Assembly: GCA_017467085.1 (NCBI GenBank)
Contig: JAFTSW010000044.1
Span: forward strand, 1 to 59,166
Length of the DNA: 59,166 nucleotides
Direction: 5' to 3'
Source of the DNA: Clostridia bacterium
GTDB taxonomy: Bacteria > Bacillota > Clostridia > Oscillospirales > CAG-272
Within the stretch, counting starts at the first letter, position 1. Each line of letters opens with the position of its first letter. The notes beneath the pieces were generated by a model. That model did not search any database. It had not been told where the DNA came from and worked only from the letters and a program-made list of their open reading frames with translations. The position numbers and the translations under genes are program-made. Of this stretch, positions 29,901 through 39,700 are shown piece after piece.

Positions 29901-32900
29901 CAACGCGCTCTGCGCCTCCTCCTTGGTCATATCAAAGGAGAGCATGGAGAACGCCTTGAAAACGATATTTTTGTCGGAGATGCTGGCAAGCGCCTCGGTC
30001 AGCATAGAAACGTCCAAATTGAAGTAGTAGCAGATATCCGCCACACGGTTCTGGAGCATTTCGTCCTCGGTTAAGAGTCTATCGTACACACGGACGGAGT
30101 ACATCGTGGAAGCCAGGCCGCGCCAGATATTGAAGCGCTGGTCCTTCACGTCATCCTTGGCAATATACATATCGGAGCTGATGCCGCTGTTCATATAGAC
30201 GTTGCCATCGCCGAGAATGGTATATTGAGAGGAAAGCGCATCGGTTTCCGTGTTTCTGATAAGGTCGTGCTTAATGGTGTAGTTGATAATCTGACCGGGG
30301 GTAAGACCGCCCAGCGCCTTATCCGTGCCCACGTGAACACGGGCAGGAAGGGGCTTATACTCGTCCCAGCCGCCCTCGCTCTGGTAGAGCCAGCGGCGCT
30401 CCATGTTGCCGTTTGCGTTATGGCTGTAGCAGGCGAAGCCCATACAGCGGAAGGCGCCAAGGATAAAGGCACGCTCGTAGTATCTGCCGTAGGTAGAATA
30501 ATCGTCCGTATACCAGGTGATATTTCCTTGCTCGTCCTCTACCGTAATGCCCTCGGGAGAGAGAACGGTTTCAATGGTATAGTCCTCAGCGGGAAGGAGG
30601 CTGTAATCCAAATCCAGATAGAAGTCCGCGCCGCTTCTGGTGCGGAGATTTACCTTCTTGGCGTCGGCATCAGCCTGGGAAACGGTTTCACGGATACGCA
30701 AGCCGCCGTCCTCGTTTCTGTACCAGCCAGCGCCCACCAGGGTACCGTAGGTGCCTGCCTTCACGGCGTTGGTCCAGATAACACCGTTTTCCGCGTCAAT
30801 ACGGGTGCCCGTGGAGAAGCCGTCATAGGCGGACAGCAGCACCACAAGGCCGTCGGTTACGTAGAGGGATTCGTCCTTGTTCCAATCGCTTCTCAAAAGG
30901 GAAACGGTTTCCTCCAAGGCAGCCTCCAGCTCGCTCTTTTCCATAAAGCCCATCAGCGCGAAGGCGTCTACCACGAAGGCAAGCTCCTCGGCGCTCAGGT
31001 TGCTACAGGCAGAAGCGTCAACCCCCGCGTATGCCAGAAGGTCTACAAAGTGGTTGTACTTGAATTCGTACTCAGTCAGAATAGCATCGTACAGACGGAC
31101 AGAGTATACTGCCACAGGGGTACGGCGGAAGAGGTAGAAGGCAGAGTCGCTATCCGCATCGGTATAATACTTATAGCCGAGGGTGGTTCCCTTGCCTGTC
31201 TCATAGGTAGAAACGGAGCCCGTGCTGACAAAGCTGCCAGATTTGGTGGGGGAGCCGTTCTTAAAGACACGGAAGGTAGCGCTGACCTCGTCTGCGGTGA
31301 CGGTAAGGTCACGGACTATCTGCTGGGTGTAAATACCTCTGTCAGCGCGGCTGGTTTCGGGCCAGAGCTGATTGTTCAGATAGTTACCCGTCTGCCAACC
31401 GCCCTCCGCGGGAGAGATAAACCAGCGCACGTAGTGAGCGCCGCCAAGGGTGGTGCTGGTGCCGCGCTCATAAATTGCCTTGAACTGTCCCAGCGCATCG
31501 GACACGGTGGTGGCAAGGTGAGCGCCTTCATATTCGCCCACGATATTGCCATCGGCGTCAATTTCCTGGGGATAGCCGTATTTGACAACGGTTTCCAGGG
31601 TGTAGTCCTCCTTGGGAAGGGCCTTGCCGCCGATATCCAGGTAGGCGTCTACGTTTTTCGTGCCTGCGGTAGCATTCTCGGGGTTAATCGTTACGGTGTA
31701 GCCAACGCCGCCGCCCGTCAAGGTGCCCCAGACGGAGCCAATGAAGTTGGCGTTGTGGTTACCCATTTTATCGTACCAGACGCCGCTTTCGCCCGCAAAA
31801 ACCGTGGAGGCGGTGTCATAGGCGCTCAAGAGCATAGTCAGGCTACCGCCGTTCTCGGTCTTGGTGCCGTCAGCGCCGATATAGAGAGCGTCATAGGCAG
31901 TCTTCTTGCGCGCCGCTTCCTCTTGGGCGCGGATTTCTTCCAGCTGGTCGATGATATCCTCCAGCTCTGCAACGGTGACGTCCATATTCTGCTTGGACAC
32001 CTGGAGCAGGAAGGTTTCCTTATCCGCATCGTTCAGCTCCGCATAGAGGGAGAAGGGAGCGCCCACGTAAAGAAGAATATCAATCGCACGGTTGCGGGAT
32101 ACCTCTGCCTCGGTCAGCGCCTTGGTGTACAGACGCACGCCGTACACGGTGCCGGGAACAGAGCGGAAGAGGATAAAGCTGCCCTGGTATACAGAGTTTG
32201 CGTTAATAGGGCAGGTGTTGTGGCTTGTGGGAGTTGCGTTGGCACCGTTCTTGGCGAAGGTGTAGACGTATTTGCCCGAAGCGGTGTCGCTGGTCAAGGT
32301 GATGCCCGCGGTGATGATGGAGGTATCGCCCTGCCAGATGTTGGTGGTGCCGTTCCAGTTGCCCGTTACCGCGCCTAACTGATTCCAGTGGTCCACTGTG
32401 GCGGTTTCCGTTTCGGTTATCATATGTACGAAGCCATTGAGCTTGCGGCTATTGGCGCTTTGAGAGCCGAACCAGAAGAAGGCACGGAAGCGTCCGAGAG
32501 AAAAGCCTGCCGGGTTGTTTTGGGTAGCAGCCTCGGGGACCGTGACACCGTCTGCGTTAACGGTCAAGCCGCGCACGGAGGCGACAATCTCTAAGGTGTA
32601 CGCATCCGTAGGCAGGAGAGAGGAATCAAGAGAGAGGTATCTGGAATAGTCCGCTGCTGCCAGGTCATATCCGATACCGCCCTTTGCGCCCTCCGTCCAA
32701 GCGCCGGCAATGGTGGCGTGCTTGGTGGCACCCGGGGCAACGTTGGTCCACTGCCCTGCCGTCAGGTCATAGGAGGCAACGTTCTTGAAGCCCTTCAAGA
32801 GAACGGTGAGCTCACCGCCGTTTTCGGTTTTGCTACCGTCCGCACCTACGTACAGGTCATCGTAGCTGTCAGCGGTGCTGCCCGTGCTTTGGGACGAGCC

Positions 32901-33005
32901 CGTTCCAGACAGGTCGGTGCTTGCCGAGGCAGGGAAAACTGCCGTTGGAATGAGCGTTACCAGCATACAAACCAGTAGCAGCGCACTTACAAGTCTTTTT
33001 TTCAT
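26919..33005 (-). CDS. Giant secreted LamG x3 + GH141-like beta-helix protein, copy 5
   Basis: 2029-aa ORF (GTG 33008 or ATG 33005, AAGGAG SD). Closest to copy 4 in the C-terminal half. Confidence 0.9.
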   Translation of the reverse strand: MKKRLVSALLLVCMLVTLIPTAVFPASASTDLSGTGSSQSTGSTADSYDDLYVGADGSKTENGGELTVLLKGFKNVASYDLTAGQWTNVAPGATKHATIAGAWTEGAKGGIGYDLAAADYSRYLSLDSSLLPTDAYTLEIVASVRGLTVNADGVTVPEAATQNNPAGFSLGRFRAFFWFGSQSANSRKLNGFVHMITETETATVDHWNQLGAVTGNWNGTTNIWQGDTSIITAGITLTSDTASGKYVYTFAKNGANATPTSHNTCPINANSVYQGSFILFRSVPGTVYGVRLYTKALTEAEVSRNRAIDILLYVGAPFSLYAELNDADKETFLLQVSKQNMDVTVAELEDIIDQLEEIRAQEEAARKKTAYDALYIGADGTKTENGGSLTMLLSAYDTASTVFAGESGVWYDKMGNHNANFIGSVWGTLTGGGVGYTVTINPENATAGTKNVDAYLDIGGKALPKEDYTLETVVKYGYPQEIDADGNIVGEYEGAHLATTVSDALGQFKAIYERGTSTTLGGAHYVRWFISPAEGGWQTGNYLNNQLWPETSRADRGIYTQQIVRDLTVTADEVSATFRVFKNGSPTKSGSFVSTGSVSTYETGKGTTLGYKYYTDADSDSAFYLFRRTPVAVYSVRLYDAILTEYEFKYNHFVDLLAYAGVDASACSNLSAEELAFVVDAFALMGFMEKSELEAALEETVSLLRSDWNKDESLYVTDGLVVLLSAYDGFSTGTRIDAENGVIWTNAVKAGTYGTLVGAGWYRNEDGGLRIRETVSQADADAKKVNLRTRSGADFYLDLDYSLLPAEDYTIETVLSPEGITVEDEQGNITWYTDDYSTYGRYYERAFILGAFRCMGFACYSHNANGNMERRWLYQSEGGWDEYKPLPARVHVGTDKALGGLTPGQIINYTIKHDLIRNTETDALSSQYTILGDGNVYMNSGISSDMYIAKDDVKDQRFNIWRGLASTMYSVRVYDRLLTEDEMLQNRVADICYYFNLDVSMLTEALASISDKNIVFKAFSMLSFDMTKEEAQSALDNAMAGIWVRTDGVAIKGDMSDAIRFYFTLQYPAIAAIMAAGFKVELGTLVNVGKDENPVANGAYDYRFVAFNSVSGINSSYFLDEDTYAVTLSYQDADRELYNEKIRVVSYVKLTDAEGTDIYFYSGLGNSAYDTDTSLFTVYKYLKDCASIAEEGLTDYLAMLVKDCYYDEIIYFDSYAEGTGDGSKDAPYTNFNDAFDACKEILTALDKPTNVTLFVEGGIHRVSQVAELDFGEISYSEYTFNIEGNYEADEAPELTTALDIPIAAFKAVEGKDGLYVFEFAPDAEGNYPKFRNLYVYGMTADLAHSTPTTTAYGEFPFTTPFDRDMVGTFLKAEYYYDNGVLAEHAPAEEFKNLPGRTDLLASYTKHYEWFLALSDLKAKYRDLTISNDAYKALTVEDVRSGMGTDYAEGFAHFHEELCKAKDGEQKLTDVDYTLPAIANNADRTGVFYLRIEMVEALRATVEAKLAAMKEAGTYVAGESEKLVLQGSGLELHAHANWDYNIIDVDGIDFDDVAYYYDERHNTVDTCVAVYANMEQYAKFQIPSGNSMANRYVFLRNALEFVDKEGEYYYDVDNGKLYYYTEQGLDGLTVSYPTMENLLVFREARNLTISDLTIWGLDDYTLTRIGMAASQAGANALGDGLKLETSFSRRAAIAMYNAYGVTIQDCYIHDIGGAGIYMEGRVEDTLLMGNELEMIGDSGIRIRGYAAGNNEFSYRSGAERVTITQNYLHEIAQSIYNAPALYMASCKDVEIYKNTIIGCNYSGMSLGWSWSKATWEEHGGYNLYNVNIHHNYITDFMQFLSDGGAIYVLGGNLKPDNPKQINFMHHNYVVFSDTTGNGLGGQCDGYYFDGSSTNWSNYNNILVEQSAGADRGDKPGASDRDYALYMRRKGSHYIFKQHTTTGSAWSYNIHSTDNFIFNVRATSAKTQQSEVFSMGKESQWQACGHKVVGTRYFYGENKLAFSAAIKAQMEECGSHMHPGEWEWLLSNEY

Positions 33006-33143
33006 CACAAAATCTCCTTACCAAGTCATTAAAAATCTTTTCCGCCCTTTTCCTTGCCTTTTGGGAGTAAGTGAAGGACGGAAGCGCATTTTTGATTTCA
33101 AAGGGTCATTTACATATAATATATAAGCATTTACCCTGTCAAT

Positions 33144-33366
33144 ATTATAACAAACTTGGGGCGGCTTGTCAACCAAGCCCATCATTTTTGTGGAAAAGCC
33201 CAATTTTTCTCCCTTCTTTTTGTGACATTTTCACAACAAGCCAAAAAAGCCCCTTTCTTGCTTTACCCAAAAAAGCGGCTTCCTGTCTTGTTTTTTCGGC
33301 TTTTGCAAAAAAGCCATATAGTCAATTTTTTTAACATTTTCTCTGCTTTTTGTACGAAATTTTCCA
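33144..33366 (-). promoter_or_regulatory. Consensus sigmaA promoter of copy 5 with dyad pairs and 21-bp box
   Basis: TTGACA-17-TATAAT with TGn at 33172-33144. Dyads at 33188 and 33220 (TTGTGA-N5-TCACAA). 21-bp box at 33315-33335. Confidence 0.7.
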
Positions 33367-33436
33367 TAATTCCATACACCTGATGGGCAGATGCTATGCG
33401 CAACCGCATTGTCATTCTATACCAAGCTGCGGCTTG

Positions 33437-33488
33437 GATAAAAGACACCCCGAAGCGTTCCTTTCGGTTCACTTCGAGGGGTTTTATC
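33437..33488 (-). terminator. Long hairpin, probable terminator of copy 6
   Basis: Minus strand GATAAAACCCCTCGAAG..CC-GAAA-GG..CTTCGGGGTGTC-TTTTATC. Confidence 0.5.
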
Positions 33489-33560
33489 GGATTTTAAGTT
33501 AAATGGCATCTTGCGCGGCGCAAAGCACCGCAGGATTGAGCGATTTCATTTTCGCACCGC

Positions 33561-33767
33561 ACCCAATGCCGCTGGATTTTGGAGCAGATTTGTTCGAGCG
33601 GTACCCGCCGCCGTATTTCATACGGCAAGGGGGGCGGTCGGGCGAAGGCGCCCAAAATCAACCCAATGCCGCAGGATTTTGGAGCAGATTTGTTCGAACG
33701 GCACCCGCCGCCGTATTCCATACGGCAAGGGGGTCGGTCGGGCGAAGATGCCCAAAATCCTGCGGCA
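33561..33767. repeat. Two tandem copies (100-bp period) of the palindromic element
   Basis: Units start at 33561 and 33661. The last copy has perfect 16-bp terminal inverted repeats TGCCGCAGGATTTTGG / CCAAAATCCTGCGGCA (33667-33767). Confidence 0.9.
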
Positions 33768-33775
33768 GAGCCCCT

Positions 33776-36700
33776 TTAATATTCGTTGGACAACAACCAC
33801 TCCCACTCTCCCGGATGCATAGGCGCACCCGTTTCCGCTATCAAGGACTTGATGGCATTGGGGAAGGCAAGCTTGCTGTCACCCGCAAAGTAGCGGGTGC
33901 CCACTACCTTGTGTCCGCACGCCTGCCAATGGGCATCCTTGCCCATATGGAAGCATTCATTCTGCTGGGCAGTGGGCGTAGTGGCACGGACGTTAAAGAC
34001 GTAGTTATCGGTGGAGTGAATATTGTAGGACCAGGCGCTACCCGTAGTGGTGTACTGCATAAAGAAGGGAGCGACGCCGTTAGAGCGCAGATAGTGCGTG
34101 TAATCCTCGGGGCTGGCGCCAGGCTTTGCGCCTCTGTCGGCGCCCGCGGAGTACATCACGGCGATATTGTTGTAGTTGGACCAGTTGGTGGAGGCGCCGT
34201 CAAAGTAGTAGCCGTCACTCTGTCCGCCAAGACCGTTGCCCGTATGCTTGTCAAACACCACGAGGTTGTGGTGAATGAAGTTGATTTGCTTGGGGTTATC
34301 GGGCTTCAGGTTGCCGCCCAGCATATAGATGGCGCCGCCATCCTCCATCTCACGCATAAACTGCGTTACGTAGTTATGGTGGATGTTCATATTGTAGAGG
34401 TTGTAGTTATCCCCCTCCTCCCAGGTTGCCGCCGACCAGGACCAGCCGAAGGACATACCCGAATAGGAGCAGCCGATAATCGTGTTGTTGGCAACCTCCA
34501 CGTCCTTACAGGACGCCATATAGATGGCGGGGCTGGCGTAATCCGTCAACGCCACCTCGTGGATATAGTTGCCCTTCAGCGTAACACCCTGCGCGCCGCT
34601 TTCGGCATTGAAGAGCGTATTGTTGCGCTCGGAGCCCGTAAAGCGGATGGCGGTGCCGCCCAGCGTTTCAAACTCACAGCCCTCAACGGTGACGTTCTCC
34701 GCTCTGCCGCGAATGCCGATGCCGTCCGCACCCAGGTCACGGAAATAGCAATCCGCAACCGTAAGGTTGTAGGCGTTGTAGCAAAGCAGGGCATTGTGCT
34801 TGGTAAAGCCGCGCTCCTCGTCGGCAATTCCCTTGGGAGGCGCGTTGTTGCCGCCTGCCTGTCCCGAGCAGATGCCGTAAACGGAATAGGCGGTGTTGTC
34901 CACGCCCCAGAGGGTCAAGCCAGACAGGGTGAGGTTCTTGGCGTTGGTGAACACCAAGAGGTTATCAAGGGTGGGATAAGCAAAGCTCATATCGTCGGCA
35001 ATGCCGCTTTCGCTGTAATAGTACAGCTTGCCCGATGCTATGTCATAATAATACTCACCCGTTTCGTCCAGAAATTCGGGAGCGTTCTGTAAAAACACCT
35101 GGCGATTTTTGGTGGCAAGGTCGCTTTGTCCCGCATAGGATACGTACTGCGTCTTGTCCACGTAGACGGCAACCAGCTCCTCGCGGTCGGCGCCCTCGCC
35201 ATAGTAGGCGGTATCGTCAAAGTCAATGCCCACCACCTTAAAGAGGTTATAGCACCACTCAATGCTGTGGGACAGCTCTATTTGCCCGTGGCGAAGGACG
35301 GTTCTTGGGGTGGTGGCGGCGTCATAAACATTGAGCCGCAGCTCCGTAAGCACTGCCTGTGCCTCTGCAAGTGCCGTTTCGGCGGCTTGGTATGCCGCCG
35401 AGGCGTCGGCGGTATTGCCGCCGCTTGCCACTGCCGCGTCAAGCGCCGCCTTGGCGGTGTTACGGGCGGTTGTTTTTTCGGCTACCACCGCTTCTTGGGC
35501 AGTCGCTATTTCCTCCCAAAGGCTCTTTTCCGCCTTCAAGGCTGTTAGCATAGCCTCGGTGGAGGCACGAAGGGACTCTGCCAAGGACAGAGGCACGAAG
35601 ATGCGCCCGTCCTGCTCTGCCTTGCTATCGGGGATAGTGAGCGTATAGGAAACGGCGGACGCCTTAACAGCACCACTTCGTACATCGGCATACCGTTCCT
35701 TAAAGTAATTGAATGCCTCCTTGTAGGCGGCGCTTGCCGCACTGTCTGCGGTCCAAGCGTCAAAGGCGTCATCCGAAAGCACGCCCTGGCCCTTTTTAAC
35801 CTCATCGTACGCTAAGAACCAATCACGGTGACGGGCGTACGCCTCTTTCAGGTCGGGTCTGTCAGCGTCATACTCATTTTCGGGCAGCTTCTCTGCCAGA
35901 GTACCTGCCTCGTAGTAATATTTTGCCCTCTCGTAGGTGCCCTCGGTAGAAAAAGAGAAGCGAGAGAGCAGGGGCGTTCCCTTCATCGTGGAGGTGACAC
36001 CGCTATGTGCCATGGTGGCGGTGAAGCCGTCCACGTAAAAATTACGGAACACGGGATAATTGCCCTTGCCATCGGGAGCGAATTCATATACGTAAAGTCC
36101 CGACCTGCCTGCCACGGCTTGGAAAGCGGAGGCGGGAATGTTCACTGCCGAGGTCAGGGAGGGCAACTCCTCTGCCTCGAAATCCCCTTCAATGGAGAAG
36201 GAGTAATAGGGGTTTTGAATCTCGTCGAAATCAAGGGAGACGATTTCATCCAGCATATAGGCGCCATCACCCACGAAAAGAGAAAGCCGCAGAGGCTTCT
36301 CCGAGGCGGCAAGAATTTGCTTTGCCGCTTCGAAGGCGGTGCCGAAATCGTTATAGGGCGCATCCTGACTACCGTTGCCGCCGTTGGGCGCTGTAGCGGA
36401 AAGATAAACCGTTTCCTCCTCATAGCAGCCGCCGGCAGTCATAGAAAGATAATCGCTAAGACCCGCCTCCACCATGCTTTCGGCGGTGGAAAGGTGGTTA
36501 TAAATCACGAACAGGGAGGGCTCGGCGCTATAAGCGCTGCCCGACAAGCCACCGTAAAAGTAACTGACCTCGCCGCTGTCCCTGGCGGTGAGCTTAACGT
36601 AGGTCACCACCCGTAGCTTTTCATTATAGAGGTCGCTATCCGCATCCCGCCAGGTGACGGTGACGGCGTAGGTATCCTCGTCTAACAGATAGGCGGTATT

Positions 36701-39700
36701 GGCGCCCGAGGTGGAATCAAACGCCACAAAGCGGTAGTCATAGGCACCGTCGGCGGTGGGTCTTTCGTCCCGTCCGATGCCAACGAGGGTGCCAAGCTCC
36801 ACCTCGAAGCCTGCCGCCATAATCGCGGCAAGAGAGGAATATTGCAGGTCAAAATAGAAGCGGATGGCGTCGGACATATCCTTCTTGATGCCCACGCCCT
36901 GAGAGCGCACCCAGATGCCTGCCATACCGTCGTTCAGCGCCTTTTGCGCCTCCTCCTTGGTCATATCAAAGGAAAGGGCGGTAAAGGCGGCAAAGACGGT
37001 CGCCTTGTCGGGGATGCTGGCAAGGGCCTCCTCCAAGAGCTCCGTATCCAAATCAAAGTAGTAGCAAACGTCCGCCACACGGTTCTGCAGCTTTTCAGCG
37101 TCAGTCAGAACACGGTTATACAGACGCACGGAGTAGAGGGTGGACGCCAAGCCCCGCATCAGATAAAAGTCCTTTTCCGCGGAGGCAGAGGGGGCAATGT
37201 ACGCCGAGGCAGGTATAGACGCCTTCAGGTCGGCAACGTTGTTGCGGGACATAACGTAGCGCGCCGAGCCCTCCTCCTCGTCAAAATCGTGGTCAATGGT
37301 GTAGGTGAGAATTTTTCCAAGCTCGATGCCCTGGAAGGTTCTGTCGCGTCCAATCTGGTTGCGGGAGGAGGTATCGTCCCAACAGCCCTTGGACTGATAA
37401 ACAAACCATTTTTCAAAGGAGCCCGAGGAAACGTGGCTGTTGCAGGCGTAGCCCATACAGCGCAAGGGGCCAATGGAGAAGGTTCTTTCATTGTAAATGC
37501 CGTAGGTGGAGAAATAGTCCACGTAGGGAGAGATGCTTCCGTCCTCATTCTGAATGGTGATGCCCTCAGGGGCGGTAACCACCTCTAAGGTGTAATCCCT
37601 CTCGGGAAGCAAGGAGTAATCCAAACCCAAATAGAAATTGTCTCTGCTTCTGTGATGGGAAAAGACGCTCTTTTCCGCATAAACGGCGTCTACCGTTTCA
37701 CGGATTTGCAAGCCGCCGTCGGCGCTTCTCTGCCAGCCCTTGCCGTAGAGGACGCCAAAGGAGCCTTCCTTTGCCACGTTGGTCCAGTTGACCGACCCCT
37801 CTCCGAAGAGGGTAGGGGTGGAGAAGCCGTTATAGGAGGAAAGCAGACCCACCAGCCCCTCCGTTACGTAGAGGGAGTCCTCCTTGCTCCAGGAATAGGT
37901 ACAGACGTCAAGCGCCTCTTTGATGGCCGCCTCTGCCTCTGCCTTGGGCAAGAGGGTGGATTCTTTTAGGAAGTTGGCAACAAAGGCGCGTGCTTCGGCG
38001 TCAAGGTTGGTATAATACTCCGCTACATCCAAGCCCGCATACGCTAAAATATCCACGTAATGGTTATGCAGCATTTCCTCTTCTGTCAAAACAGCATCGT
38101 ATATACGGATTGCGTACACGTTGACAGGGGCGCGACGGAAGAGGAAAAAGACGGTATCTGCCTCCTCGCCCGTATAGCACTTATCCCCCTGCACCTTGGC
38201 GGTGGACAGCGCACCCGTGCTGTTATAAACACCTGTTTTGGAAAGGACGCCGTTTTTCATAATCTGATAGGTCAGTCTGACGTTTGCGCCCTCTTCCGTC
38301 TTATCACGGACTATCTGCTGGGTAAAGGCGGTAGTTGCGGTACGGCTGGTCTCCATCCAAAGCTGATTGTTGAGGTAGTTTCCTCCGTACCAGCCCTCCC
38401 TCGCGGGCGCCGTGAAGTAACGGGTATAATAGTGGCCGCTGATGGCGGTACCCATACCGCGCTCATAAACCGCCTTCAGCTGCCCAATGGCATCCGAAAG
38501 CACGCCACCCCAGAAGCCGTCGCCCGTATAATCCACGATAGGATTTCCCGCGGCATCGGTGCCCTGTAAGCGTCTGTACTGCACGGTATATTCTACGGTA
38601 AAATCCTCCTTGGGTAAGGCGTCAATACCGAAGTCAAGATAAACGTCCTCCTTGTAATTGGAGTGACGGGCTTCGTCATAGGTATAGGAGCCGTCGCTCT
38701 GCTTGGTGGCAACGCCCACGGTCATACCGTAGCCAACGCCACCGCCGCTTTGCGGCTGCCAGAGAGAGCCAATGAGGGTGGCATCGTGCTCACCCACCTT
38801 ATCGAACCACACCTTTTGCACGTCCGAAAGCAGGACGGAGGCGTGGTCATAGGCGGAAAGAAGGGCGGTAAGCTTGCCGCCGTTCTGGGTTTTGGCGCCG
38901 TCAGCGCCTACGTAGAGCCCGTCGTACACGGTCATTTTACGGGCAATCGCCTCCTGCTCCCGCATTTCTGCCAGATTATCGGCAATATGCTCGATATCCT
39001 CGGCGGTAGCGCCGAAGCCAAGGTTGCCTACCAAGGAGAGGAAATCCTCTCTGTCGCCCTCGGCAAGGTTCGCATAGACAGAAAAGTCCACGCCGCTTTT
39101 CAAAAGAATATCGGCGAGGCGGTTCCCTTCCATCTCCTTTTCGGTCAGAACAACGCTGTAAATACGGACGGAATAGACCGTCACAGGCTCACGGTAAAAG
39201 AGATAGAAAAGCGAATCGGCAGTTTCCTTGAAGTATTTGCTGGGGTTGATGCCGCCTGTCAGCTCCAAGGCGGTATCGTAGCTACCCGTTTTCTGCACGG
39301 CGCCGTTTTTGAGAATTTTGAGGGTTGCCGCCGTGCCCGTAGCCGAGGAGGCTTCCGTGCGGGTTACGGTCTGTACGAAGGCGTCAAAGCCCGTGCGGCT
39401 CAGCTCCGTCCAAAGCTGTCCGTTGTTGTAGCCGTTGTTAGGATTACCGGCATTTCCCCAATACTGCCCGTCCGCTGCTAAAAACCAACGGGTGGTGCCT
39501 CTTTCGCCCAGGGTTGTTCCCGAGCGGTCATAGGCATCCTTCAGCGTGCCGATAACGGTGGTGGGATGGCTGCCGTTGGACGCCCAGAAGGTGTTTTTGG
39601 TGTAGACGGCGGCAGGGTTAGGCGTGCCGTCGGCATTGGCGCCGACGATATGCTTATGCTCCGCAAACCACTCCACCGTATAATCCCCATCGGGCAAAAG

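Noticed and set aside
33445-33480. GTGAACC-GAAA-GGAACGC as a c-di-GMP riboswitch or SRP RNA
   Set aside because: Only a superficial GNRA-stem resemblance. The second stem and conserved flanks are missing, and it lies upstream of the copy 5 promoter rather than in its leader.
33494-33822. Short ORFs across the palindromic repeats (also 20090-20534 and 26555-26995)
   Set aside because: By-products of GC-rich repeats, open on both strands, with no SD or protein features.
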